DNA of 64,000 bases, from positions 2,852,001-2,916,000 of the forward strand of contig OX337233.1 in the NCBI GenBank assembly GCA_946965045.2. Direction: 5' to 3'. The notes under the pieces are model-generated. The model made no database searches. It was not told the origin of the DNA and worked only from the letters and a program-made list of their open reading frames with translations. Below are positions 29,613 through 41,754 of the stretch, piece by piece. The position numbers and the translations under genes were made by a program. Origin of the DNA: Epithemia pelagica. Its lineage: Eukaryota > Protista > Bacillariophyta. Position 1 is the stretch's first letter. Each line of letters starts with the position of its first letter.

Positions 29613-32600
29613 TCATCGTTTTCTCTTTTTTGCTTTCTTCTTGGCGCTGGTCTTTTCACTTTTAGATGCACGGGACGCCTGGTCGTCCTTGACCAATGGT
29701 TTCCAGCTTTCAACTTTTTCAAGAAAGGATTGACAGAGTTGCTTGGCATTTTCACTGTTGGTGTTTGTCAAGGCAAATTGAAGACCATCTTCCAGCAATT
29801 CCCAAGATGACTTTGACAAGGGTGACGACTTTGCTTCGTCACTGGTCGACCCACTAGTTAAAACCTTTTCTGTAGTGCGAAGAATCTCTTTCACCCCTTT
29901 CGACTTGAGCATTTCAGAATCTCTCAGGGCTGATACAGTTCCCTTGATGAATATTTCTCGGCATGTTGCAAGATTTTTGAGAGCTTGCTTTTCGGCGTCC
30001 GTGGAGCCTTTATTGAGCTTGGGATTGTAGATATCCGCAATCACACGAAAACACTCCGACTTGATGAATCGTGCTGTCGTTTCCGCAATGGCACTCGCCA
30101 ATGGTTTGACGAGAACGATTTGTGCCATGCAGCTGTCTCGAAGTAGAAGCTCCTCAAAGAGAGGAGAAGTTATGCGACTTGACTTCTTGGTGGCCCATTC
30201 GGTGACCGCGCCAGAGTAAACCTCGGCTGTAATCTCGACTCGCGTATCCCAAGATGGCAAACATCGTAACAGTGTGGGAAGAGTTTGATAGCAGAGAATC
30301 TTGTGCTCCTTTGTCGAAGCGTTCAGTTGGCTCAATGCCAATACCTCTTGAACCACCTGTCGACAGTGCTCTTTCGGATCGATAGATTCAGTCCAGGTCA
30401 TTGTGCTCATCTTCGACTTGAGCAGTTTGGATTTCAAGAAATTTGTGAGTGCCTTCAGAAGCGTATTCCATTCATTGGAACTAGGATCGGCAGAACCTTT
30501 TGCCATGTTGGTACTTCTCGCCTTCTCGAGATGCGAAATCCGTGCCAAAAGCGACGGGACCATGGAAAGCAAAACGTCACAACGCAGGAGTCGACCCCAG
30601 CCATCAGGTTTTCCGTTGAAAACTGTTTCGAGAACAAGTACGCAGCGCAACTGTCGAGTTAGCTCAACTCGCTCTCGTGCAATTTGGCCAGCTTTTCGTG
30701 CCTCTTGCTTGCGCTTGATCAACATGGCCAAAGCAGCATCAGCCCCTTCGTGGTGTTCCAATTGATTTTCTTCAACATCCATGTCACTATCTTCTTCCAA
30801 CAATGATTTGAGTTTGTCGTCATCGATCTCTTCATCACTCTCGTCTTTCTTCTCCCCTTTCTGTTTGTCGTCCACATGACCGAGTTCTTCTTCAGCATCG
30901 TCCTCTTCGCCATCATCTTCGTCCTCGCTGTCAAGTAGCACACTTGCTGCTGATTTGGAAAATGCACCCTCTTCTTCATTCTCTTCGGAATCGTCGTCGT
31001 CATCACTCTCGTCCGAATCGTCATCGTCATCCTGGTCCTCGTCATTGCTTTGCCAGACAGCTCCAACACTGTCCATCATCATCTCGGCTACTTTGGAGTC
31101 AAGGATGGGTGCGTTGGAAGAAGACGACTGGGAAATTATCATCATCCCGCTCGGTAGAACATGTTTCACGATCTCTCGGATCAGGCGTTTCGATGTCCCT
31201 CTGGATTCGTCCAATTCCCAGGATATCACATTGATACACAAGGCAACTAATCGAGAGAATGCATCGCTTTGGGGAGAATCTGCAGCCAAGACCGAGTCCG
31301 AGCACTCTTTGGCTTCCTCAATCAAGGCATGTATCTCATCCGAATCATTGACCATTGCCATATCTGACATTTCTCCAATTTCGGAACCAGCGTCCTGGTT
31401 GCTAAACAAACAGAGACCAAGGAACGACGCTAAAAGACCCATGGATAATATGAATCGGTGATGTGGTGATGGCTGTGCGCTTTTTGCCGTGCGTTTGGCG
31501 CTGGAGAGCAACTCGGACAGCATTTCTGCTGAGTCGGTTTCATCTTCTTGGTTGTCATGGCCTTCTTCACTGTCTTCTGCCATACTGTCATTCTCTGCCC
31601 GAGATGTCATGAATCCAAGCCGTTGTAACCTTTGACATTCCTCTAACACGTGCAAGAGTGGTTTCAGCATAACGGCTTCTCGGACCACCACAAGAGTTGG
31701 AGATTTAGAGGAATCGCGACCAGTTGTGGAAGCCAACGTCGTTGCTTCCGTCAAGAGTGAAAATAACCGAGCCTGGATCGTTTTACGAGTCGCCAGAGGA
31801 ATCGATGCCTTGCATACCTGACGTGCAAACGAGACGGATGCGGATTTGGCGTCTTGTTTAGTGTCATTGTTGTTCGATGAGGTCACAAACGATGCGGCAA
31901 CCAGAAAACTGAATAGTTGTGGAGCTACTGATTCCTGGAACGTTTTCAAGGAGGAAGATTCATCGGTCTTTGCATCTTTTGGTACTTCGAGCCGTATGAT
32001 ACGTTTGGCCAGACGAAAAAGAAGATCCAGGAGACCATTCGCGTCGTGTGAAGAAATACTCGGTGCGTCGGAATCAGTCATTTCCTCCTCGTCTGTATCT
32101 TTGACGAGCAAGATCCTCTCTTGAACAAAAATAATAAACTCCTTCCACATTTCGAGGGGTAGCTCTTTCTGATCCTGAGTATCTAATGCCAGTAGAGTTT
32201 GTATAGTGGTGGACTTGGCTCTGCTGTCAAAGTGAGGCGTACATCGAACGATGCTCTTGATAATCACAAGTCGTCTCGTTTCTGATCCTTCAGGTTCGAT
32301 AACCGACTCCACGATCTTGTTGAGGCATTCCAAAGGCATATTCTTTGCTTCCGACACGGAACGGTTCTTCTTTCTCTTTTTCCCTGATGACATTCCCGTG
32401 GTCCCTTCCAGAAACAATGGACGAATGATTGGCTCTTGAAACAGAGCGGCATCCGAGTCAAGTGCCAGAACCGTTCTGCCCGTGAGGGAAGAAACAAACT
32501 CCACACCTGCCATTCTTTCCACCAAGTTTAACGCCAGCATCTTTCGATTGTGGGTTCCCAATGTCTGGAGATGTGGATCTTCGTCTCCATCGCCTTCCTC

Positions 32601-34034
32601 AGGGTCGTCACGGGCAGAAGTACCAAGCAATCTCTTGAGTACAACCTCTTCAATCATTTGCTCCACAAGGTGCTGCACAGTCGTACTTTTATCCGAGACG
32701 AGGGGAAGGCTTTTTCGGAGAACTCGTTGGTCGATTGGAGTTGATGCTTTGTCTTGTTTTGGATCACTCTTTCCAGTCGATGTGACGGTATCCTTCGATG
32801 GCTCTGTCAAGTACAACCAGATTGCATCCCACACGACATGCATCCACTGTGAGTTGGTGATGGCGATATTTCCGAGAATACTGGACAAGACGGGAAGTGT
32901 CTCTTTGGTAAACAGTGGCTTTTTCAAAAGGCCAAGTTTCTTCATGGTGCGAGATGGAATCACCTCGGCATGAGATTGAATCATGAGAGCAATGGCAATT
33001 TGTTCGGCGGACAGCGACGATACGTTTGCTTCACCCTTTTCGAAGAAAAGAGGAACAACGCTCTGTTCAATGGCATGACAGGCCAGTTTTGTGGCAGCCT
33101 TTGGGTTGTTGGTCGAACCAAAGAGGGCGGTGAGACTAGTGCATACGGCATGCGCGGCCGGTTCGCGCATGTACGGCTGGCCATTGTAAAGCTCATGCAA
33201 GTCGAAAAAGAGGGCATTGGTGGTTTCCATGGCATCCGTTTCCTCGTTCTGCTCCTCTGTTTCGAGTACAAGAATGCCACTGCGCACCAACGCCAAAATT
33301 CCAAACAAACGGCCCCAGTTGTGGTCTTTGATTTCCGAATCCTTTTTTCGTCCTCCACCCCCGCGTCCCCCTTTTCCAGGTTCTACCACATCCACGGACG
33401 ATGCCTGGAGGAGCCGTCGACGAAGGTACACCAACACTCCTTCTTCTTTGTTGTTGTTGTTGTTCTCTGCACTACGTTCCTGTTGTTGGATCTTGGTCAA
33501 GAATCCCAAGGTCTGGGCCACTTGGAGAAACAAGGTCAGCGTCGAGGCACATCCTTCTCGGGCGGCCGCACGGCCACTACACAGACCATTCAAGAGTCGC
33601 TTCAAGGCATAGGCCGCATCCGAGACATTGGCCCTTTGCGATCCCAATAGAGAGTGGTGCAAAATCACTTGACCCGCACGAGTCCGTTCGCGACCGTCCA
33701 GGGAGGCCAACCCATAAAAGGCATCCAAAAACTCGGACCGTTCACTCGTATTGTTTGGATGTAACGTCGGAGGTATGCCGGCCTCATCGTGTTCGTTTTC
33801 ATCTTCCCCCATCACCTCGTCGTCGTTGTCGTCGTCACTGCTGTCATCCTCACCTTCTTGGCCATCGTCGTCGTCGCTCCTGTCATTCTCGTTCCTGTTT
33901 CCCTCTTCGTCGTCGTCGTCCTTCGTGTCGTTTGCCAGTGTCTTTGCCTTGGCGGACGTTGAAGTGTCCACTTGGAGTTCGGAGGAGGAGGATTCGTCCT
34001 CCGCCTTCTTGGATGCCGGTTTCTTCTTCTTCAT
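29613..34034 (-). CDS. MYBBP1A: Nucleolar Pol5/MYBBP1A (DNA polymerase phi family) protein
   Basis: FLDAFYGLAS...ER, YALKRLLNGLCSGRAAAREG, acidic tracts, basic C-terminal NLS; 1473 aa intact. Confidence 0.85.
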   Translation of the reverse strand: MKKKKPASKKAEDESSSSELQVDTSTSAKAKTLANDTKDDDDEEGNRNENDRSDDDDGQEGEDDSSDDDNDDEVMGEDENEHDEAGIPPTLHPNNTSERSEFLDAFYGLASLDGRERTRAGQVILHHSLLGSQRANVSDAAYALKRLLNGLCSGRAAAREGCASTLTLFLQVAQTLGFLTKIQQQERSAENNNNNKEEGVLVYLRRRLLQASSVDVVEPGKGGRGGGGRKKDSEIKDHNWGRLFGILALVRSGILVLETEEQNEETDAMETTNALFFDLHELYNGQPYMREPAAHAVCTSLTALFGSTNNPKAATKLACHAIEQSVVPLFFEKGEANVSSLSAEQIAIALMIQSHAEVIPSRTMKKLGLLKKPLFTKETLPVLSSILGNIAITNSQWMHVVWDAIWLYLTEPSKDTVTSTGKSDPKQDKASTPIDQRVLRKSLPLVSDKSTTVQHLVEQMIEEVVLKRLLGTSARDDPEEGDGDEDPHLQTLGTHNRKMLALNLVERMAGVEFVSSLTGRTVLALDSDAALFQEPIIRPLFLEGTTGMSSGKKRKKNRSVSEAKNMPLECLNKIVESVIEPEGSETRRLVIIKSIVRCTPHFDSRAKSTTIQTLLALDTQDQKELPLEMWKEFIIFVQERILLVKDTDEEEMTDSDAPSISSHDANGLLDLLFRLAKRIIRLEVPKDAKTDESSSLKTFQESVAPQLFSFLVAASFVTSSNNNDTKQDAKSASVSFARQVCKASIPLATRKTIQARLFSLLTEATTLASTTGRDSSKSPTLVVVREAVMLKPLLHVLEECQRLQRLGFMTSRAENDSMAEDSEEGHDNQEDETDSAEMLSELLSSAKRTAKSAQPSPHHRFILSMGLLASFLGLCLFSNQDAGSEIGEMSDMAMVNDSDEIHALIEEAKECSDSVLAADSPQSDAFSRLVALCINVISWELDESRGTSKRLIREIVKHVLPSGMMIISQSSSSNAPILDSKVAEMMMDSVGAVWQSNDEDQDDDDDSDESDDDDDSEENEEEGAFSKSAASVLLDSEDEDDGEEDDAEEELGHVDDKQKGEKKDESDEEIDDDKLKSLLEEDSDMDVEENQLEHHEGADAALAMLIKRKQEARKAGQIARERVELTRQLRCVLVLETVFNGKPDGWGRLLRCDVLLSMVPSLLARISHLEKARSTNMAKGSADPSSNEWNTLLKALTNFLKSKLLKSKMSTMTWTESIDPKEHCRQVVQEVLALSQLNASTKEHKILCYQTLPTLLRCLPSWDTRVEITAEVYSGAVTEWATKKSSRITSPLFEELLLRDSCMAQIVLVKPLASAIAETTARFIKSECFRVIADIYNPKLNKGSTDAEKQALKNLATCREIFIKGTVSALRDSEMLKSKGVKEILRTTEKVLTSGSTSDEAKSSPLSKSSWELLEDGLQFALTNTNSENAKQLCQSFLEKVESWKPLVKDDQASRASKSEKTSAKKKAKKRKR

Positions 34035-34969
34035 GGACCTCCAAGAAACTTTTCATGGATTTTTTCCCTTGTCGGTGGGTGGTCGTCCCGCTCATGCGTC
34101 TGGCCGACGTACGACCATGGAGTCGCAGATTGTTTCCCCACAAAATCTCAGACCGCCCTGTAGAGAGAGACGAAGTCCATCGTGCATCCTGTTGAAACCT
34201 CTCTAGAGAGTTGCTTTCGTCCTGTTGGTACAAGAGAGCAGAGAAGCATCCAAGTATCCAGCTGCCGCGTGGGATTTGACGCCTCCGGCGGAGCAGCGAT
34301 GGATTCGAGAGACAACCAGTCCTCAAACACCACAGACAGACATATTGGATCGACGAAACGAGAGGATTGGACTCAGTTCATGGATGTCGACGCGAAGAGT
34401 TCCAAGTCCTCATGAGTTCTCGCCATGACGTGCTACCTAGAGCGTAACGTTATCTTCGAGGAATACAAGAAGAGTGTGGCACCACGGATCCAGCATTGCG
34501 CTCGTCCGTCGAATGTATAGTCACAACCACGTGTATGGAATCATTCATGATTCTCTTTTGAAGGTCGCAGTTCTCCTCCTGTCTCTGTCTATGGCTAATG
34601 GACTTGAGACTTGATTACGAGTAGACTTCCCAATAAGCTCTTCCCAAAGAACAAAGAACGCTTTTGTCTTCCTGGCATGCGTGAAATGCGGAAGGCCCTG
34701 CTCGGTGGGGGATGGGCTGGAGGTGCGTGCATTAGTCTCCAGCGGTTTCTATAGAAAAAAATAACATTCATAATTATTATATTAAACAATAATAGCGCTA
34801 GATAGTATAGTATGATTTGAAATCCTCCGCAATGACGCTGTCGCTGTCAAATTCGAAAAAAAGTCGCCGTTCCTTGTTCAAGAATTGAAAAGCCACACAA
34901 ACATAATACGAAATCAGAACATATCTACTCGCACCGTCATCAACAGGAACGAGAAAGCGAGAGGCGGCG

Positions 34970-36460
34970 TTGACGAGATACAATACGACGCAGATTAAGA
35001 TTGTCATCATGAGCTGGTTGACCACATTGTTGATATCGTTGCTCAACCTGGGCGCTGGCGTCATGGTCGGATATGGTGCCTTGTACCTTCGGTACAGTTC
35101 GGAATGTCACATGTTGTTGGAAACCACCAAGGCCAAGGCGTTGGATGTTTCCAAACAACTCGAGGTCAAATACACGCAACTGCAAGCCTCCCACAACAAT
35201 TGTATCCAGGGAGAATCGGAATGGCAAAAGAAATGTCACGATCAACAAAGTCAAACCTTGGGAGCCCATTCGTCCTTGACCATGAAGCACCAATCCTTGC
35301 TGGAAGAACACGCGGACGCCCTTGAAAAGCTCACCATGTTGCACAAGGAAACGGATTCTCAGCAGCAAATTATTCAGTCGCTCCGAGATCAAGTCAAGCA
35401 GTTGCAACGCGGCGAACAACAACGGTCCGATTCCAGTCACTTAAGGGAGCAATTGTCCCTGATGGAATCCCTGCTGCAAGACAAGATGCAAGAAGTCCAA
35501 ACCCTGGAAGCGCAGCTGAGCCACAGTGGCACGACCTTTGCCTCGTCGCAACTCTTGTCCACTCTCAAGTCCGCCATTCAACGACAACAGTGGGCCCAAA
35601 CCCTGTTGCAGTATCACACGGCTGGACCCTTTCGAGTCGAATTTACCTTGGACGTGAGCAAGGCCACGGGAGGTGACGCGGGTAGCAGCAGCAGTGGAGG
35701 CAGTGGTAGCAGTAGTGGTGGTAGTAGTAGTAGTGGGGGTGTGGCGGGCAAATCCTTGCAAACCTTTGTGGTGGAATTGGTCTCGGCCGAATCCTACAGC
35801 ATGACGGTGGGCACCTTTTTGAAATTGGCCGAGGCCGGTTTGTATGTCGGCACAACCCTCCGGTACATGGATCGGTCCGGAGGCTTGGTGGGAGGCAATC
35901 CCCAACAAGCCGCCTCGAAACGGGCCCAATCCAATTTGGCTCGTCGATTGGCCGAACATGGCTATGGGACGGCGCCCTTTTTGTGGATGGAACAATCGTC
36001 GTCGTCGTCCGACCAGCAAAAGGATGCATCCTCGTCTTCCATGGACCAGGCCTGTGGCAGTCAACCAGGCGCCTTTTGGTTCCCCTCCCAAGGACAACAC
36101 TTTCACATTACCTTGCCCGGCAATGCCAAATTGGCCGATCAAATGGAAGAAGCCACCAGCTTGGCGGCGTCGGCACCCGCAACCCATGCCGTGGCTGTGG
36201 GCCCGGACGACGACCATGGCAGCAGCAGTCGTCGTCGTGCGACTGGAACGACAGCCTGTCATGGTCGCATTGTCCAAGGCTTGGCGGGCTTGTACAAGGT
36301 CTTTGCGCCCACCATTTTGGAAGATGAAGACAATCGACCACGCATTACCATTGCCAATACGCGCGTCTTGTTGCCCCCCGAGGGAGCGACCACCACTGCC
36401 GCCTCGTCCCACCCACCATCACCATTGCAACAACGACACTATCCTCGAGACGAATTTTGA
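34970..36460 (+). CDS. Membrane-anchored coiled-coil protein with a degenerate cyclophilin-like domain
   Basis: N-terminal TM, coiled coil, then GPFRVEFTL...FVVEL...TVGTFLKL...GLY, typical of diatom cyclophilin-like proteins (recognised from memory). Confidence 0.65.
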   Translation: MTRYNTTQIKIVIMSWLTTLLISLLNLGAGVMVGYGALYLRYSSECHMLLETTKAKALDVSKQLEVKYTQLQASHNNCIQGESEWQKKCHDQQSQTLGAHSSLTMKHQSLLEEHADALEKLTMLHKETDSQQQIIQSLRDQVKQLQRGEQQRSDSSHLREQLSLMESLLQDKMQEVQTLEAQLSHSGTTFASSQLLSTLKSAIQRQQWAQTLLQYHTAGPFRVEFTLDVSKATGGDAGSSSSGGSGSSSGGSSSSGGVAGKSLQTFVVELVSAESYSMTVGTFLKLAEAGLYVGTTLRYMDRSGGLVGGNPQQAASKRAQSNLARRLAEHGYGTAPFLWMEQSSSSSDQQKDASSSSMDQACGSQPGAFWFPSQGQHFHITLPGNAKLADQMEEATSLAASAPATHAVAVGPDDDHGSSSRRRATGTTACHGRIVQGLAGLYKVFAPTILEDEDNRPRITIANTRVLLPPEGATTTAASSHPPSPLQQRHYPRDEF

Positions 36461-37162
36461 AAGACACACCAACTAAGAGTCCTAAGAGAATGTCATGTCC
36501 CTACCGGTAAATGGAGCAAGAGGAGGGACAAGAGTCCACACAAAACGAGGGGGTAAATACCATGACTCCGATACAAACAACAACAAACTACACAAGACTG
36601 GTCGGGCGGTGCTACGTCGTTGGAACTGTGTGACACACGTGTTGCTTCCTAGACTAAATGCGTCGTGAGTTTTTTGGTACGACACGCAACAGGGGAATAA
36701 ACGGTAGTACCAAGAAAAACAAAGCAAGCATACAGTCTGGAAACGATATAGAGTAAAGGAACGTGGGTTTGATTCTTGTTTGTGAGTCTTTTTCAATGTG
36801 TGCCGCAGTACAAACCCTTCCTCGGTGTATAGCTCGTGCGACTAGGTAGACGTGGTTGCGTCTTGGAACGGCGAGTCCACTTTTTGTTTGTGCTCGTTCT
36901 ATTTCGTTCGTGATGAGAATGACTCTACTGGTTCAACCATCGACGTAGTGGGATGCAAATGTGACTCTCCTGGAGCATTCTGTGCGACTGGTTGCAGGTC
37001 TCTTGGAGAATACGCGTGCGTCGTGGGAATCACCCCCTCTCTTTGTCTTACTCGCCCCTCGTCGTAGTGCATGGTGGTGCCTCGTCATGTCACTTGATGC
37101 TGTGCATGGAAGGGCCATTTGGTTGGTTGTTCTTGTTGTGGAATGTATTGACGAGAATCGTG

Positions 37163-39317
37163 CTATTTCACAGTATCGTCTTGTGTGTTGTTGGAGGGAT
37201 CCTTCCACCGCCGTTCCGGAGCCACGGTCCTCGTCCTGACTGGTTTTTCTGTCGCAGCACCCGTTGTTGGAGCAATGGTGTCTCTTTTTCGGGGTGTTCT
37301 GGTAGGCTGGTGGTCCATGTGGTTTCTTGCATCTTGCTCCTGCTTTTGCTCTTGTCGCATGGGACAAACAGCACTGGTTGGAGTAGTAGTTGCTCGTCGC
37401 GGCGTTGTTGTTGGCCGGGTGGGACTGTCGATACTCGTTTTGTTGTCATTTTGCACTGGACTGTGTAAAGGGAACAGAGCTTGTGGATGTTGCTCCACGA
37501 CTCGTCGAAACTGCCGTGTGGTAGTGGAGCCAACAAGCAATTGCATCGACATGGTCGTTCTTGCCGTCGTCGTGCTTGATTTTCCAGCCGCAGGAGCAAC
37601 AAGACTGGTGCCCGACAAGAGTGCTGGGACCACCTTGTGCTGGTGTTGCTTTGTGTGGTTACTAGGAGACGGGTTGCTTGCGAGGGCTTATTTGGTTGCT
37701 GGAATGTTCCGTGAGATGGTGGTGGTTGTAGAACTCGTGCGGTCGTGGACAGCGCCCAGTGGTGGCATCCTTTTCGGGTTGCTGTCGGCGGTCGAGTTTG
37801 GGCCACCACCATCATTGGTGCTTGATTGCATGAGTGGATGGATCACCATCCTATGGAACGGTCGTTGAGGTCCAGTGGTGGCATCTGGCGGGCGGTGCTG
37901 CGGTCTGAAAGAAGGATTCTTGTTCTTGGGAGGAGAAGAATGCCTGGATGTTCTTATTGTCGCCAGGCTCCTGACTATCGTAGTCTTGTTGGCGTTGTTT
38001 GGGGGCTGTTGCTTCTTGGTTTGCGTGATCATCTTAGTCCTCCTCTTGGTTGATTGCATAGCAAAATCGCTGTTGCCGTTGTTGTTGTCGTTGCTGACGC
38101 TGCTAACAGCATTTCTACGCGGAAAGGATTCGTCTTGCGCTGTAGTATCACCCTCGTCAAGAATCGTAGTAGCTGTGTGACTGGTTTGTGTCGTTGTGGT
38201 TACGGATGTCCTTCGTGTCATGGACCGATCTGCTGGCCGGGGTGGACCATCTACCCATTGGAACGACCGATAGCGAGCGGTCGTCATCCCGCCATTTTGT
38301 TCACGGACAAGCCATTTGGCCCGAGTCAAGGACCAAACATGCTGCTGCGTATGGGTGGTGTTGGTGACCGGATTGGCTCGTCGTCCGCCTCCTCGTCTTT
38401 GCCGGAGTACGTTTGTTTTACAAACAAATGTACCCGTCGTCAAAATTTTTCGCCAAGTGTTGACATTGTCAATTTCAATCCAATAGGCTCGTCCTGTCAT
38501 CGGATTGTACCATCCTTCGGCAATGGTGGTATGTCCCAATACGTCTTGCCCTCTTCCCTGAATCCTGCAACACCAAGAACGAGAACTCTCTGTAACGACG
38601 ACGATGATTGGCTCGTCTCGGTTGTCACATAGGTACGATTGTTGGTTGGCAGCGGTTGCTGCGGCTCCCCAAAGACGAGACGGAGGGTCACGGATAGGAT
38701 TCTGTTTGAGGGGGGATTTCGATAGGTTCCCTGGTACACACCATTTCTGGGAACATTGTAAGAACCGCTTTCTTCGGATGGACTTGTTTACTGTTGGGTG
38801 TATCGACTCGCTTGTCTACTCCAGACGAGATTCTGGAGGAAAGATCCGCGGTGGCTCGTTGTATGATGGTTCTTACTGTGGCTTGTCCAAACAGATTTTT
38901 GGGCTTTCTCATGAGCTTTGCGAAAGGTGAAAAGCTTTCTTTTCAATTCCAAGAACATCCACAAAATAAAAAACAAAAAATGCTTCCAAGCACAACGATC
39001 CAGTTGTTATCATCACTATCATCACTCCGTCTTGAATTTCCCGCCCCTCCGCCCCGAGAAAACCCTCCCCCGGCGCCGCCGCCGCCGCCACCACCACCAC
39101 CACCTCCGCGCAACGCTCTGTGGCTGTATGGAACCTCTTTTTGTGGTTCCAACCAGCACCAGCACCCTTCCACACCCTCTTGGGCGCTCCCATCCTTCTC
39201 TACCACCACCGAGGCAAACCAAGTCATGAGCAGCACCATTGCAACAGCTGCACGAAGCATTGTCATTCTCGACATCCACCCTGCGAACGAACAACCTTCG
39301 TGCTTCGATATCCCCAT
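37163..39317 (-). pseudogene. Decayed gene for a signal peptide / Gly-rich / TM protein with a beta-rich domain and a disordered tail
   Basis: Signal peptide, RALRGGGG and TM (38943..39317); in-frame TGA at 38943; frameshift to NGVYQGTYRN...VTLRLVF; frameshift to IQGRGQDVLGHTTIAEGWYNPMTGRAYWIE; in-frame TAA at 37688, then ORF 37163..37633 in the same frame. Confidence 0.5.
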
Positions 39318-39992
39318 GCTGCTGTCACCGATATTGTCTCATTCGCTGGGCAACTCAAACTGCGGAACAAAAAGAGAGTAATGGTCGTTTGTTCCCATTG
39401 CACAATCTTTTTGGAATGGTTGTTGTCCATGGAAAAAGAATGAGATGATGATGTTTCTGTTGTCTGGGTGTGGGTCGCGCTATCTTTTCGATGTCTTCTT
39501 ATAGTCCTATGAATGTCGTGTGAGGATAGTGGTTGGCTTATATCAGTCTGACAGACATAGATCTGACACCAGTGTTCGGAATTCGGAAGTGCTTCGCACT
39601 CCCCCCACACCGAATCCGGCAAAGGCTACAAAAACTCAAATACACTGTATGTGAAGAAACGATAGGGATTTGAATGGAACTCTCCAGAAGTCGTATCTTT
39701 ATCTCATGTCTGAAAGACCCTCTATCAGAGTACGAAGAAGCTCTAATTTAGATGGGGAGTATACTAGCGTGAAGCGTGAAGCGTGACGGAAGAAGCGGAC
39801 GTTGTCAAAAAGCAGCGGTTGCTGCGGTGGTTGTGGTGTTGCAGGGTTGCGCTGCAGCATCATCAACAGCGTTGAAACCAAAATTAGGGTACGACGCAAA
39901 CCCTGGATCATTCGAGATTTTCGGTTGTCTTTGAACGATTGCGAAAAGGTGCGGAGACTTCAAGTGCAGCTTTAAGGTATATCTTGAAAGAT

Positions 39993-41754
39993 ATGAGCAA
40001 AACCGAGGCCCAAGACCCTTCCGTGTCAACGGCTGAGCAATCTCAAACAACAGACGACCAATCCGTCCCGTTAACGCGGTCATGCTCTGCCTTGGTGATT
40101 GATCGCATTAACGACATTATCGACTTTGAAGTGGACCACATCTTGTACGAGAAAACGACACGTCTGGATCATTTTGGGAGTCTTTCGGTAAGTTGTCGTC
40201 GCTGGACGAACAAAGCAATCCGTGTAACACGGAAAAGAGGGCCTCACACATATGTTTGTAATATTTTACTCGTACCATCTAGTATTTTTGGAGTTTTCAT
40301 CCAGCCAAGAATATAGAAGCAGGTCGCCGATTCATTCGCGTGTTTCTGGCGAGACTCTTGGTGGAATTTTGTGGCCAGCCGGCCTATGCGGACAACAACG
40401 AAGACGACGAAACCAACAACGAGGACGATGAACACGATGCCGAAGAGGCGAAACTATCCGAGGAATTTCCCCGCGTGTACACTTTTGATCGACAACGATG
40501 GCATACGCTCGAGGAGGATCTGAAAAAGCTTCGCTCCTTGATGCAAAGAAAAGATGCCAACAAGTGTTACTTTGGAGAAGAGGGGGACTCGGAGCAAGTT
40601 CATGACATTGCAAACTCTGACATGGAACCCGAGAGGAAAAATCTTGCTGTCTTTGGAAAGAAAATCAAGGACATGATTCGGGTGATTCAAATTCATGGAG
40701 CACTGGCGCCCATTCGCAAAACCTTGGAAGATCTCATTACATCCAAGATTCCGGATTCCCCCGACGCTGTCAGTCAAGAACAAATTTGTGAAATTTTGTA
40801 AGTGCCAGGCGGCTTCACGTGCATTCGCATCATATAGTAAGCTGACGACGTCAATTTGTTAGGGAATTTGCGGATGCCATGGAAGATACGCATTGTCGAG
40901 AATGTGTGAAAATGCTGTTTGAACAGGAGCCAGATTCAACTTCGACGACAAATCCAGGAGAAGACCAGAAATATTCTCTCACCAAGAACATGCCTCTGGC
41001 CTCGCTTCTTCGTTGTAATAGGTATAACTTGGAATACTTTCAGGTCAGGTTTGAACACCTGTTGCAGGAAATGAACACTCTTGTGTTTTCCAACTTTCTT
41101 TCCGTTCTGATTCAGCGGCGCTACACTATAGAAACAGGTGGTATTATGGATAAAGTTATAAAGGCTTCGATCACAAGTCGCCGGTCGATCGCAGCGAAAT
41201 TATCCGTGGAGGATCTCCGTCGCAGTAGAATTGCATTGAAGAATGAGCATGGCGATGACCCACTGGTTGAATCGCTTCGATTATCAGAGCATCATGTGCA
41301 CGCTAGCACTCCAACAGGACGGAAAAAACGACCCGACGCTCCAGGTGGAAACGAGAACGAAGAGAATCAACCAAAACGTGGGCGAAAGAGATCGGATCGG
41401 AATGCTGCGGCAACGACATACCCACCGGAACCAGGTTTATTCGATGATCAAGGCAAGGTAACACGGCGAACTCCCTGGACAGAGGAAGAGAAAACCTGTG
41501 TCCGACAAGGTGTACAACAGTATGGCTTGGGAAATTGGTTGGCGATCAAGGAAGAATACTCGGACATCCTTCGGAATCGTACCAATGTCCAGATCAAGGA
41601 TTGTTGGAGGACGCTGGTCAAGAATGGTATTGTCACAGAGGCGGAGCAGGAGGCAGCGGCTGAACTTCAACAAAACAGTCCTCGGAGACCTGGGCGTCGC
41701 TCTTCCAAGACACCTCCATCCGCTGTTGCGAATGAAGGCGAAGAAGACTCGTAA
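39993..41754 (+). CDS. Single-Myb (telobox, TRF-like) protein; exons 39993-40187, 40283-40797, 40863-41754
   Basis: GT-AG introns restore one frame. C-terminal PWTEEEK...GVQQYGLGNW...LRNRTNVQIKDCWRTL. Confidence 0.8.

Noticed and set aside
3473-38945. UGA reassignment or selenocysteine, suggested by in-frame TGAs at 3473, 10136 and 38943
   Set aside because: TGA is used as a normal terminator here (ORF1, His kinase, both membrane paralogues). The aligned residues would be Gly or Arg rather than Cys or Trp, and an in-frame TAA also occurs, so point mutation explains them.
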